From positions 1 through 50,331 of the forward strand of contig JAVECO010000169.1 in the NCBI GenBank assembly GCA_051942205.1: a stretch of DNA of 50,331 nucleotides, given 5' to 3'. A model generated the notes under the pieces. That model worked only from the letters and a program-made list of their open reading frames with translations. It was not told the origin of the DNA and made no database searches. The position numbers and the translations under genes are program-made. Positions 1 through 13,236 of the stretch are shown here, one piece after another. Source of the DNA: Coniocarpon cinnabarinum (lineage: Eukaryota). Positions within the stretch are counted from its first letter, which is position 1; every line of letters begins with the position of its first letter.

Positions 1-1805
1 CCCTCCTCCCCCGACGACAGCGATCCCACCTACCCCTACGAAACCAAGCACAACCCCCATGGCCCCGACGAGCCTCTCTACGACGCCGACCTCCCTGTCC
101 CCGAACTCGAGTCCAGCCGCGAACGCGCCCTCACCGCAAAGATCGACTGGCACGTCGTCCCCACCCTCACAATCCTCTACCTCCTCGCCTTCCTCGACCG
201 CGTCAACATCTCCAACGCGCAGACCTTCGGCCTCCTCACCGACCTCAAACTTAAGAACACCGAGTTCAACACGGCCCTCACCATCTTCTTCGTGCCGTAC
301 GTCATCTTCGAGATCCCGGCCAACTTGTTGCTCAAGAAGTTCAAGCCGCATGTCTGGCTGTCGGGGTGTATGTTTGTCTTTGGACTGGTGACGCTGTGTC
401 AAGGCCTCGTCCAGAATTACTCGGGATTGCTGGCCACGCGGTTCTTTTTGGGGCTGGCGGAGACGGGCATGTTTCCGGGGTGTTTTTATCTCATTGGGAT
501 GTGGTATCGGCGGGCGCAGGCGCAGAAGCGGTTTACGTTTTTCTTCAGCAGTGCCACTTTGGCCGGGGCGTTTGGGGGGTTACTGGCGAGTGCGATTGGG
601 AAGATGGATGGGATGAGGGGATATCGGGGGTGGCGGTGGATTTTCATTCTGGAAGGCGTGCTGTGAGTGTTGCGCTGTTCGTTGGGGATCGTATGCGGGG
701 ATGAAAGCTAACGCCTGTTGGTTCAGGACGTGTGTGGTGGCGCTGGTGTGGTTTTTTGCCATCTCCGACTTTCCAGAAGATGCCAAATGGCTTACAACGT
801 CTGAACGTAACTACATTCGCGCGAGACTGCAGGCCGACGTCGGACACGCTGCACTAGAGCGCCGCACCAATTTCCAAGACATCATTGGATTCTTCAAAGA
901 CTGGAAAGTCATTCTAGGTTGGCTGATGTACTTTGGCTTGATTGTGCCAGCTTACGGCTATGCCTACTTCTCGACGACCATCATCAAGACGTATGGCTAT
1001 GGCAACATCCAGAGTGAGTCCGATGAGCATGTTCTGCGCGTTGAGGAGAGAAGTGCGTGGGGCTAACTTCGACGACAGCTCAACTGCACTCAGTCCCCCC
1101 GTGGGCCTGCGCCTGGGCCTTCGCCATTATCCTGTCATTCTTCTCAGACTGGAGCAAACACCGCATCGCGTACGCCCTCTTCGCCGAAGCCATCTGCATA
1201 GCCGGTCTCGCGATCTTGACCTCTGTCCACAATAACCTGCATACAGAGTATGCCGCGCTCTTCGTAAGTCGAACTTCTCCCTCTGTCCATTCACTTCATT
1301 TTCCACCCCTCAGAACATAACATCCTTGTCTCATAATAAGCGCCCAAGAGAAAGAAGAAGAGAAGAAGAAAAGTGGCGAGGAAAGTCAACAGGAAAAGGA
1401 AGAAAACAGGTACCGAATCCAAAACACACAAAAAGCTAACGCAAACAGCTCACAACAATGGGAGCCTACTCCGCCATGCCAGTAGTAATCTGCTGGTTCC
1501 AGCAAAACCTCTCCGGGCACCACCGCCGGGCCATCGGGTCAGGGTGGCAGATAGGCATGGGCAACATCGGGGGCATCATCGCGACGTACGCGTTCTTGCC
1601 GCGGGACGCGCCCAGATACACGCGCGGCTACGGCGTCTGCTTGGGATTCGTCTGCATGAGCTTTGTGGCGTGTTTGATGTACGCGGGGGCGTGTTGGCGG
1701 GAGAATCGGCGGAGGGGGAAGATGCCACGGCCTGTGGGGGAGCAGGCTAGGGCTTTGGAGGGGGAGAAGGGGGATTTGGCTGTGGGGTATCGGTATTTGT
1801 TGTAG
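1..1805 (+). CDS. MFS transporter, anion:cation symporter (Tna1/Dal5-like) family; 5' end outside window. Exons <1-662, 727-1013, 1079-1263, 1449-1805
   Basis: Frame from base 1 reads KIDWHVVPTLTILYLLAFLDRVNISNA...FEIPANLLLKK...ATRFFLGLAETGMFPG...GWRWIFILEG. Three GT..CTAAC..AG introns restore the frame, which ends ...GYRYLL*. Confidence 0.93.
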
Positions 1806-1916
1806 CCTTCTTCGTTTGGGTACAGTAATGAGAGGTAGATTACGGGAGTGAGGATGGCGAGGAGGGTGTGGTCTTTGCTGTTTTGAAAGAACGACGGGGC
1901 TGGATAGGTGAAGACA

Positions 1917-1926
1917 GTCACGTGAC
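1917..1926. promoter_or_regulatory. Palindromic GTCACGTGAC E-box (Cbf1-type bHLH site) ~95 bp upstream of the GPI10 ATG
   Basis: Perfect 10-bp palindrome in the short intergenic gap; function inferred only. Confidence 0.35.
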
Positions 1927-2019
1927 AGTCAGCGTCCTTGAAGTCCCACCTGAATTCCAAGGCAATTACAATTCCCAACAAGCTCATCACGCCTACATTC
2001 CTTCAGACTACATTCAACA

Positions 2020-4360
2020 ATGGGCACCGAACACCCCCAAGGAGCTCCAGAAGCTCCCAAAAAGCTACCAACGATTCTCCACCAAGATGTCCGTAAACAG
2101 CGTCAATACGACATCGCCCTCCTGATTGGCGCCGTCCGCACACTGTCACTCCTCTTAACATGGACGTTTTTCCAACCGGATGAATATTATCAGTCTTTGG
2201 AGCCGGGGTGGGAAATGGCTTTTGGACGGGGGAGTGGTGCGTGGATTACGTGGGTTAGTTGAGCACTTACATCTCACTTCTGGTTCCAAACCTGGATAGC
2301 TCCAGAGGTTGCTGCGAAGGCTCAATTAGTGAATGAGTCTACTTGTATGCATGTATGTACTGAGGTAGTCTATAGGAATGGGATCATCAACTCCGCTCGT
2401 CGCTGCATCCCTTGCTCATAGCGACTGTGTACCACCTCGCCAACGCAATCAATTTCATCTTCGCCTTCCCATTAAGTATGCAAGCACGAGTTCTGATTTG
2501 GGCGCCAAGACTGCTTCACGGTTTCGCAACCGGAACGCATGATTTTTATACGTGGAGACTTGCTGAGAAGTTGTTTGGGGAGCAAAGTGTAGAGTCGTCT
2601 GCCGTGGTGAGTAGTCGTCTAGCTTCAAACGGGGGCCTTTTCTGATTGGTGGCGGAAGTGCTGATTCGGCTTAGCTTGCTGTTCATTTGCTCAGTCCTTG
2701 GCTTTTCTTCGCAGGTACCCGATCATTTACGAATGGGCTTGAAGCGAGCTTGACTGCTGAGGCGTTGTCGCATTGGCCTTGGCAGTGGTATGATAAGAAT
2801 GCGACTGCCGAAGAGCGGCGACAGGCTGCTGAACGGTGAGTTGATCAACTGGAAGTGAAACGATAAGTGTTGACAAAGGTGTAGCCTCCATCAGAGCATC
2901 ATTGTGGCTGCCTTTGCGGTGATTCTTCGGCCAACCAACGGATTGATTTGGCTCGTTCTTACGACTTCGCTCGTGCTGTCTGCTTCGCAAGATGAGCTGA
3001 TTCATTTCCTGCAACGACTGTCTGTGTTTGGGTGTGTTTTGCTCCAGAGACATTAGCAAACGCCAGATGCGGGATCGATTGCTAAATTTTGGCTTATAGA
3101 ATGATACCAGTGGTCGTATCAACAGCGCTGGACAGGCTGTATTACGGCGAATGGACAATCCCAGCCGCACGATTTCTCGGCATCAATGTTGTTGAAAATC
3201 TTTCAGAGTTTTACGGCCGCAGTCGACTGGATTATTACATTACAGAGGGCCTGCCGTTGCTTCTCACGACGGTTTTACCTTTCGCTTTAGTCGGGATCTG
3301 CAGAGCTGCGACTGGCTCTGCTCAAGCTCTGACAAGCGAACATCCAGCCGAACAAGACAGAGCGGATCCGCAGAAAGCTACCACTTCGCAGAGTGTGTGG
3401 GACAACACGAATGCGATGCGTTCTTTAGCACTTACGGCTCTAGTCGTGATAGCAGCATTCTCCTGCATCGTACATAAAGAGGTCCGCTTTCTGTCTCCTC
3501 TGTTTCCCATCTTTGCTGTCCTGTCTGCTAGGCCAATCTGTCGATTCTTCGGGTCCGGCTCCTCTCTGGCACCTGAAACACGGCCGAAGCAGCTCATTGG
3601 GATCGCGATCGCTATTCTTAACGCATGTCTAGCAGCCTATATTTGCACGATACATCAGCGGGGCGTAATAGACGTGATGAATTATCTTCGTGGTCAGTTC
3701 TACGCGCTCAATACTGACGCTTTGATATTTGGCATGCGTGCTGCAGGTCCTACATCTGCATTAGGAATCATTGGCACCTACGGTTCACGAATGTTTGGCA
3801 ACCAAGTGGCCCAACAATCAGAACCTCTTCATTCCCTGAGTGTTGGGTTCCTCATGCCATGTCACTCAACACCGTGGCGATCACACTTGGTCCATCCAGA
3901 AATCAAAGGATGGGCATTGACCTGTGAGCCGCCTATAGGGTTGAGTGGAGCTGCACGAGAGCATTACCTTGACGAGGCAGACCAGTTCTATGCAGATCCA
4001 CGACGGTGGTTAGCCGAGAACATGGGGCCAGTGCCTTCAATAGACAAGCCTTGGACAGATGAAGGTTGGGACGTGCGCGACGCGCCTGTTAATTCGACCA
4101 AAGCGCCTACAACCAATGCATTTGCGGGCAAGGGCAGCAGGCCTTGGCCACGATACGTAGTGTTCTTTGAACAGCTTGAGCGTGTGATGCATGATGTAGT
4201 AGGGGGCGCAAGAAGTCGATACAGGGAATGTTGGCGAGGTTTCAACAGCCACTGGCACGACGATTGGAGGCGAAAGGGTGATGTGGTGGTGTGGTGTGTA
4301 GATGGGAGCCTGGATGAGGGCAAGATGATTGAAGAGCTTGAGCGGCAACAGGAGCTTTGA
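2020..4360 (+). CDS. GPI10: GPI mannosyltransferase 3 (PIG-B/Gpi10, GT22). Introns 2254-2375, 2607-2674, 2836-2884, 3032-3099
   Basis: Motifs TFFQPDEYYQSLEP, ITWEW..QLRSSLHP, RPTN, HKEVRFL, FLMPCHSTPWRSHL, WALTCEPP, YLDEADQFY, FNSHWHDDWRRKGDV. Confidence 0.93.
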
Positions 4361-5425
4361 GCCAGGTCCGTAATTGGTAGGGAAGAACACGCGTGTCGCT
4401 GTCAACCGCTTCAACTTCGGATACTGAACGCTTCGAAAGCAATTGGGGAGAGCCGGGGTGCCCTGCTGTCAAGGTATGATTTGATCTCAGTCAGGAGACG
4501 GACAGAGCACGTGTTTCGGGTTGGCTGATGAAACAGCGAGCATGCGACAGCTACAGAGAAAGAGGAAGGAAAGAGGGAGAAGCGTGGGAAGGGATGACCA
4601 GGGTAGGACAGATGCCGGCGTACCAGAGGTGCAGGGGCGGCGATTGCACATGTTCGGACGAAGTCAGCACGTCACGGGTCAAGGATGCTGCGAGCATTCG
4701 TCTGTTTCGTCTTTGCGGCGTCATGGGTCTCCTGTCAAGATGTATTTCCTCACCCTGATTGCAACAATCTCTCCGCTGCGCGGCTCCTATGATGATCTCC
4801 AATGATGACCTGAAGCGACACACACACCACGGAAGAGAAAGGTGTGCAGATTGCGATTCATGGCAGCGTAAAGTTGAATCTTGCGCGTCGCCAAGGGCTT
4901 GGCAAGCGGTAGACTAGCAGGGGTTTCGTCCACCCACTGCCAGACCTACCAGATGCGGCATGCTCGTATTATCGACCTGCTCGCGACTCCCATCGATACG
5001 GCCATCACTGTCTATCCACGCCCTCCTCACCATCCTTTCAGTCCTTCTTTTTGCATTACGACACCACCTTGCGCGTGCAAGATTCTCGCCTTATCTGCTG
5101 CCCCTGCGGCTCGACCTGCTCTCTTGTCTCCCACAGCCTCGTCCCAACTTCGTCTCACGTCCTCAGTTGCCGTTAATGTACCACGCGGCGCAGTTGCACC
5201 CTCCGCCGCTCAACTCTCAGCCATCTCCACCTTCTCGTCGCTCCTTACCTCTCGTGCTTGTATTCACCTCCTTCAGCATTCGATAACAATTTAGTCGCTC
5301 TTTTTATATCCCGCAACATCCTCTCAAAGAGCCTTAATCTTGTGTCTTGAGCGACGTTCACAATTGAAGTACCTCGCTCCAACGGTGCTTGGATTCTGGG
5401 CGCACTTTAAAATAGTCTCAAAAAC

Positions 5426-6794
5426 ATGGCGGAGTTGGGGGAGAAGGCAGGCGGCCATCAAACCTTCTTCCAGCAGAACAAAGGTGTCATCTATGTCCTC
5501 ACCGCGCAACTGTTCGGCGTGCTCATGAATGTAACGACACGGCTGTTGGAAATCGAGGGCAACCACGGCGAGGGCATGCACCCATTTCAAGTATGACAAC
5601 CTCTGTTCGCAACTTCAAGACCCCGCCATTCACACAATGACAGATTCTGTTCGTCCGGATGACCATCACCACCACCCTAGCGACAGCATACATGTGGTGG
5701 ACCAAGATTGCTCACTTTCCATTCGGCATGCCTGAAGTGAGGTGGCTGCTCGTCGCACGTGGGATTGGCGGCTTCTTTGGCGTCTTTGGAATGTACTGTG
5801 AGTCCGCAATTGACTCGAGAGATACCTATAGCACAGCAGTCACTGACATTCACCAGACTCACTCCTGTACCTCCCTCTTGCAGACGCAACCGTCATCACC
5901 TTCATCACCCCCTGCCTCTCCTGCTACGTATGCGCCAAGCTCCTTAAAGAACCCTTCACCCGCATGGAACAAGTCGGCGCCCTCATCTCCTTCATCGGCG
6001 TCACGTTCATCGCCCGTCCCACCACAGTCTTCCAGCGACCCGTCCACCCCGCGCCCCCAGCAGAAGGCTCCACCGACGCCGCAGCCTCACATCCGCATAA
6101 AGTCGGCGTTGCAGATCTCAACGACGTCACCACGCATCAACGTGTTGGCGCCGTTTTGATCGCTCTCGTGGGAGTCTTCGGCTCCTCAATGGCATTTGTC
6201 TCCATGCGCTGGATCGGCAAAAAAGCCCACCCCTTACTCAGCGTCAACTATTTCTGCGCCTGGTGCACTGTCGTCTCCGCCGCCGCCATGGTCGTCCTCC
6301 CCGACGTCGAGTTCATCCTCCCCTCCGGGCGCCGCGAATGGAGCTACCTCGTCTTCCTGGGCTGCTGCGGCTTCGCCATGCAATTCCTGCTCTCCGCTGG
6401 GTTGCAATCTGAAAAAGGCAATCGCGCCACACTCATGACATACACACAGATGCTTTTTGCGCTCATATTCGACAAGCTTGTCTTCGGGCATAACCCGACG
6501 CTGACGTCGCTAGCGGGGTCGGTCATGATCGTGACGTCGGCGCTGTATATTGCGTTACAGAAACAAGCGCAGAAGGTGAGAGACGAGCAGGAGAAGGCGA
6601 GACAGCAGAGTACTGCTGCGGGCAGTAGCGGTGTTCAAATGAGTGAGTTCCATCGGACGAGAAGTCGGTCAGGGACGATGGAGGTAAGAGATGAGGAACG
6701 AGGTCTCATGAGTTTGGATGAGGAGGAGATTGTGGTGGGTGGGAAACAGGAGGGGAGCGGGCATGTGAGGAGTGTGAGTATGCCTGTGAGATAA
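5426..6794 (+). CDS. EamA/DMT-superfamily membrane transporter. Introns 5591-5643, 5798-5856
   Basis: Spliced frame reads MHPFQILFVRM...LLVARGIGGFFGVFGMYYSLLYLPLADATVITF...WIGKKAHPLLSVNYF...YTQMLFALIFD; multiple TM segments. Confidence 0.88.
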
Positions 6795-7023
6795 TGTGGA
6801 GCCCGTCAGTGGCCCGTGGCAATGGCACGTGGTGGTAATGCATCGTATGCGTTAATGGCTATTTAAAGTGGGGTTTTGCATAGAAGTATAGGTATGCATG
6901 GACTTAGTGCATGTACGGTTGCATTGACTGATTTGAGATCGGTCTAGGTGATATACCCTTGCTGCGAATGTTGGTTTCGCTATTTCAGTTGCATGAGGAG
7001 CATGAATATTATTTGTAGTCTCT

Positions 7024-7650
7024 TCACCATTTCATGTCCATCGCAACGTCGTAGTCTTCTCTCGTGATGGCGCCTTCGCCCCATATTCCAAGCTCAGACC
7101 TCCATAGCAACCCGTTTCCACTGTTCCCGTCTCCATTGACGCCCATGACGGCTTCATTCCGAGGTAATTACCCAGTCCTGATTCGAACAAATCGTCAATC
7201 TGACAGGTCTTCGTCTCTGTGCTGCGACTCCTGCCTGAGTCTTATGGAGAGGAGGGGTTGAGGCATAAATGCAGAGGACAGGCGGAACGCGGGAATCGCT
7301 CGTTCCGAGAACTTGCTGGGATGGCGAATTCGCTTTCCCAGACGGGCGGGTCTACCTGGCTGGTTTGATTTCGAGTCATTGTGGGATTGACCTCACCGGT
7401 CTGTTCGATGATGTTTGAACGCCTGGTGAGTTGTTTTCTCTGAGACTGTCGTCACTCCGCTGCGGGAGGCCAGATCTCGTCAGATGAGGGTTTGATCTTG
7501 TCAGGACGCATCGCCACGATAGTCCTGGAGGGTGAAATGTGGTCATTAGCGTACAGGCGGGGCTGCGGAGATGCGAGAGATCGACTTGTTGAGAAGCTGC
7601 TGGGGAGAATCTCTCGGCAGCTCAGTTCATGTTGAGAGAAGTCGAGCGGC
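7024..7650 (-). pseudogene. Possible decayed coding relic of unknown family
   Basis: Minus-strand frames stay protein-like across isolated stops (…EIWPPAAE*RQSQRKQLTRRSNIIEQ…; …GIWGEGAITREDYDVAMDMKW*); no recognisable domain. Confidence 0.2.
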
Positions 7651-7904
7651 GGAAGATAGGATGCCGTAGGTCAGAGCATCGCTGGATGGAAAGAATTGTG
7701 AGAATATTGAAATCCCAGATAGCACCGATCCGACGATCGTTACTTCAGCCTCCTCCACCTCCACCGCTACATCGCAACAGGCGTTACGTCCTCCGCGAAA
7801 CATAGCATGCTGACGTATTGCACTTTTGCAGCCTGCTCTTTCACGTTCCTCAGCACCACGCCACAGTGCTTCAAAGCTGAGCTGCTTGCGGCCAATCCAA
7901 ACCG

Positions 7905-9707
7905 TCACGTGTCTCGATCTGCCTGCTTTGGCATGCGCTCCCGTTTCATGACACAAGCCAGAGCAAACGAGAGACACGCCGCTGCCAACGCCTGCGCCCA
8001 GACGTCTCGAATCGCGCTGGCCACCACCTCCAAAACAGCCTCTTTCTTCTCCGCAGACAGCTCATCAAAAATGGGTGCACCGACGCCTGAAATACCAGCT
8101 TGAATCGTGCTTCTGGAGGTGTTCGGCAAGATGTGCTCAATCCCGTTAGCGGCGCGATTGAAGAAGACGCTATTAGATGTAGCGAGGGAAAGCGCGATGG
8201 ATCCAACTTGGGTGCAGCCGATGACGGTGACGGCGGCGGAGGCATCGCATGGTTTCAGTTTCGCTTGAGCGACGGGGCAGGAGGCTTGGACGTACAGACT
8301 GAGGCCTGCGCTGAGGAGTACGGTATAGCCGTAGATATGGGCGAGGGGGGCGTCGATGCCGACGGTGTGCATGAGAGCCGTTCCGATGATTGCAAGTGCG
8401 GAGCCGACGAGGTACCAGGACATGTACCAGCCCAGTCTCTCAAGGAAAGTGCCCGTCACGAGCATGAACACCACGGCTGTGAAGATGAGAGGTAAGAGGT
8501 TGATGGCCGCGCGCAGAGCTGATTCGCCCCTTACGAATTGCAAGTAAAGAGGCACATAGTTAAGCGCGATGAAAAGGATGCAAACAGACGTGGCGGTATG
8601 GACGACGAGAAGCCACATCTCGGCACTGCGAAGGATGACGAGCGGGAACAAGCGGTCGTGTGGTGTCGTGAGGAACGCGGTTGCTTGTTGGAGCCCGAAA
8701 CAGAGCCAGAGGATGCCAGAGACGCAGAAGAGTGCAATGATCTGCGCACTCTGCCAGGAGTATTGAGACCCGCCAAAGGAGATGGCCATGATGAGCGAGA
8801 CCAGAGCGCCTGCCCAGAGCACGAAACCGAGAAAATCGATACGACGAATGCGGGACTTCAGACTAGTCACTGACGTTGACTTCTTCTGTGACAGGCAGAA
8901 GATATATATGGGAATCACTATCCCACCGGCGACAAGATTCAAGTAGAAACTCCAGCGCCAGCCCGCTGGGGACTGTGTGAACAGGCCACCAACAATGGGC
9001 CCCATTACGGTGCCAATGCCCCAGGAGATGCCGAAGAAGCTGAAGTACAGTGGGCGTTCGCGTAGCGACGTGTGCGATGCGATGATGTTCATGGCGCCAA
9101 GGTAAAGACCGTCGCCTCCAATGCCGCCGATAGCACGGCCTACGATGAGGGCATTCATATTTGGCGCGGCACCGCTAATCACAGCACCGACCTCGAACAG
9201 GGTCACTCCTGCAATGAAGAGAGGTTTGGTGGGAAAGAGGGTATAGAGTCTGCCCCTGAGCTCCTGGAGTCAGCACTTGCGTGAAACATCAACCATGTAA
9301 GTTCAACGCGGGATGGAGAGAATATGACAAGATCTTGGTCTGTGAACGAACCACAATAGACTAGATCCGACGTTTCCCAAATCAAATGTAACACTGATCC
9401 AAGGGAATTTGGAGATTTCACCAAGAGCGTCGACAATTTGAGGTTGAAGAACAGCGACGATGGTGTTGTCAAGCGCGAGGAGGATTGTAGCAAAGAGGAC
9501 AGCGGAACTGAGAAGAAACCATGTCCATGGTTTCATGTGTCTTGATGCTGTCTCTTGTGTGGAGGTTCCAAGGCCGGCAAGCTCAACATCGAGACACTTT
9601 TCAGGGTCGTGCGGTGAAGTTTCGCTTGTGGAGTGAGTGCTGCCACACTCTTTCTGTGGTTGATACTTTTCCTCCTTGGTTGATGTACCACGAGCTTCTG
9701 ACTCCAT
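7905..9707 (-). CDS. MFS drug:H+ antiporter, DHA2 (14-TMS, AflT/GliA-like) efflux pump. Intron 9256-9351
   Basis: LLALDNTIVA, spliced LLWGRLYTLF, FEVGAVISGAAPNMNALIVGRAIGGIG, GTVMGPIVGGLFT..AGWRWSFYLNL. Confidence 0.92.
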
Positions 9708-11051
9708 ACTGTACAAAAAAGGTGAGTCTGGAACGGAAGAAGTATTGTGGATGAAAATTGCAGAACCGCATCTGCAGGTCCTAGCCACAAGTTGTTCGCT
9801 AGCATATTACGCAGAAAAGAGCACACCATCCAAGAATCGTGCTGATCCACAGCAGCGGAATTATCGAAGTACAGAGGGGCTACGGCCCATCGTGGTCTTG
9901 CATCAGATCTACGATCGGAAGGACACTTGACGACACTGGCCCCATTGCGAGAGCTTTGTCTCGCATTAGACAAGAAGGAGAAAGTGCAACGGGGGCCGCA
10001 AATAGGTAGCGCCATACTCATGGTGGAGACTGGAAGTGTTGGCAACCAGTTGTAGCGCTTGAGCATATCTTGTTACGCCGCAACGAATGGGTAATGGATC
10101 AAGCGAACAGGATCACCATAAACTGCTGCACTTCTACCTCCGGGTATTCAAGTGGCGACATAAATGGTGCAAGTATTCTCATAGGAAGATAGAGGAGGGG
10201 GAGGAGTGACTGCGTTCGGGGTCTTATTTTGTCGAAGATGAAACTTCGGCAGGGTGCACCTAAGAGCCTCATCCGTACCTCCGCAACCCGATGTTGAATG
10301 GCCGCATGGATGCTTCGTTTGCTCAAGCATACGTTTGGTTATGTAGAAGCCACAGGTCCAGATTCAAGCCAATAACGAGTATGTTTCATGCTGATGCAAT
10401 CTAGCCGCACATGGATGGCGTCCACTACGAATGGCAAGCACATGCCTTGCCTAAATCACGCGTCTGATGCACTCACTCACGCTACGACAAGCTTTGTTGA
10501 ATGATTTTTATTTCCTTTCAACTGCCATTCATACATATACTGGAATCTTCATGCACATTTCCGCACCGACGAGTACCAACTTGTCGCCTTCAAGACGTGT
10601 CGTATGGGAATGAGCGATTGGGTGTGGTGGTTGAAACGATTAGGCAATCTACCATATGACGTTTCTCCCTACTCCCGGAATGCACAGCCTGTGAGCCCTT
10701 CATCGTAACAGAACCTGTTGTGCCCCAAACGCCGTCGCTGATGGGCGTCATGTGCTCATGATGAAGAGCGAGTGAATGTGCGCTAGAGTGAATGGGCAAA
10801 ACAGCCAGCCCCAGATTGGAGACTCTTTTGCCCGATTATTATTAACGATATGATATTTTTGTTCTTTTCCAAAGATTCGGCCGTAAACGCTCGTCATCAT
10901 CATGTCCGTCATGCCTCTCTTGGCGGTAGGTCTGACGAGCATGTGGGAAGTGGGTGTCGGGCGGATCTAATCACACAGCTACTGCCTGCAGAGCTGCTGA
11001 AAGATTCGATTCAAATGAAGGTAGGACGTTGATAACCGCAGATTGAGAGGG

Positions 11052-12714
11052 TTATGAACTACTGCTGAAACAACAGCAGATCTTCGAGAAGACACCACCA
11101 CTGGGTTTGCTGTCATTGTTGCCGGCGGTATCGTTGGCCTGATCATTGGAAAATGTCATTTCTGCTCGGGGGGGCTGCTGTTGCTGTGTATCTTGATATT
11201 GGCGCGACTGAAGCTTTTGCGCTCCTGGGCTCGGGGACGAATAGCCAGGAGTAGGCGTGTCGTAAGGGGAAGGCATCGCGCTGTTGCGTTGCTGCTGCCT
11301 GCTTCTGTTGGAGTCAACGTGTTCTAAATTGGCTGATCCCCGCGGCTGATCTCCTGCGGATTTACGATATCCACGTGATGCGCGGTGTTGGTTGGCATAT
11401 GCAGCCATGCTGGGTTGTGCAGGCAGTGCTTTTTCGTACCGTTCACGATTGTCTCTTTCGGGCGGTTTGGGTGTGCTGCCTCGCGGTTGTCCGCTCGCTC
11501 CGCCTGGAACACCCATCTGGCCGCCTAGCAATGCTTGATTTGAGGCCTGGGGCGCTTGTGTTGGTGGGTATGCTTTTGCATCTTGCCAGTCTTTCTTCCG
11601 CATCCAATCATATTCGCCATCCTCAACGCTACCATCATCGCGAAGGGCTTTCGCCAAAAGGTCTCGAAGATAGTCATAGTCAGGCGTCTCTTCAAATCCC
11701 AGATTCCGACAGTACTTCAGGTATTTTGCAAATTCGGGAGGATAGCCTTCACAAAGCTCATCGATTGGTGTTTCCTGTTTTCGATGGCCAATCTTCTCAT
11801 ATTTCTGCTTGTTGGTGGCGGCACGAAGACCTTGCCAAGGGAGTCCGCCTTTGAGAAAGTAGATGAAAACGTGACCAAGTGCCTCCAGGTCATCTCTTCT
11901 GGACTGTTCGCGGCCCATGTGCGTGTTGATTGACATGTAACGCGCAGTTCCTGAAAGTGCCTTGCGCTCGCGGTAAGGGATGTGCTGTTTGGTTTTGGCA
12001 TCACGGTACTGCTTTGCCATACCAAAGTCCACCACGTGAATGATGCTGGCGGTCTTTGATCCTGGCCTACCAATGAGAAAGTTATCTGGTTTGATGTCGC
12101 GATAGATGTGGTTTTTGTCATGAATGGTCTGCACTCGTGAGACCTGCAACCTAGACGTGAGCTTTTGTGATAATGAACCATTGAATCTGGACTGACCATT
12201 TGCTTGGCGATCATGACGGTGGTCTTGATGGAGAAACGTCTCCCGCAGTGATCGAAGAGGTCTTCAAGACTCGGGCCAAGCAAGTCAATCACAAGAATAT
12301 TATGAAGACCTTCTTGGCCAAAGTAGTACACTTGTGGGATGCCGGCTATGTTTGGTGTCAGTGACAGTCACGTATGTTGGTGCGAGGTCTGAGACACGGA
12401 GCGACAGGCGCACACGACACTGCTCGATATGACGGAGCATCTACTTACGGCACCCGACAAGCATTTTATACGTCCGATATTCATCTCGAAGTTGCGGAGC
12501 TTCGGCCTTTCTCGGTTCCTACTCAGCATGAAAGTCAGTAACAATGCTTTCAGGCCGTGCCACTCGAGCCCTATCGACTGACGAATTTAATGGCCACTTG
12601 ATTGTTGTTGAGCAAGTTATGGCCCTCGAAAATGACGCCAAAGCTTCCTTCACCTATCTTCTTCCCCACTCGATAATGCACCCCGACTACGTTGGAGGAG
12701 GATGCCGAGGCCAT
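11052..12714 (-). CDS. YCK2: Casein kinase I, Yck1/Yck2-like membrane-anchored type; three introns (~12519-12582, ~12346-12448, ~12144-12197)
   Basis: [74 protein letters not shown]-terminal ICCCF palmitoylation motif. Confidence 0.93.
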
Positions 12715-13236
12715 GGAAAGATCGAACGGCGCGAGCTCTGAGTGATGTTTGGGCGGGCCAGTCCAGGTCTTGATCTCGAGCTACGATTTGAATTACTATT
12801 GCCGGGTGGGAGAAGCTTGCTGAAGAATGACTGCGGAAAGGCGACTTGAGGCTGTGAGCTGGGCTGCAAGTGACTCCTTGCCCGCGAACACGGCGCGAGA
12901 AGCGGTGATCCGCGTCCTGACACGACCAAACACAAAGAAACCGCCCGCGGCGGCTGCAGAGAGGAGCGAGCGCTGTGCAGATGGAGCGCGGAGCGTGAGA
13001 AGGTGGTTAAGGTGAGCGTCTAGCAGCAGACTTTGCAATAATGGGTTGGAGTTGGCCAAGCCGGGCAAATTGGGCGCTGCCGCCGTCCAATCATGGCACC
13101 CTTCAGAATTCAGGCACGTCAGGATCGAAGCTGAGCTCATTTTAATCAGTCCCATGTCCTCGCTGCCAACTCCACACACAATTTGTTCTTGTCCTCACTG
13201 AGGCCACCAGATCGTCCCCGTCAGGCTGTCGCGAAC

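Noticed and set aside
59..391. Ser/Pro/Thr-rich ORF, and the many similar shadow ORFs over real genes
   Set aside because: Alternative-frame or antisense readings of C-rich or G-rich codons in identified genes.
7768..7907. TGA-CGG stop context of the DHA2 gene as a readthrough site
   Set aside because: The downstream frame has no targeting signal or other distinctive feature; left as chance.
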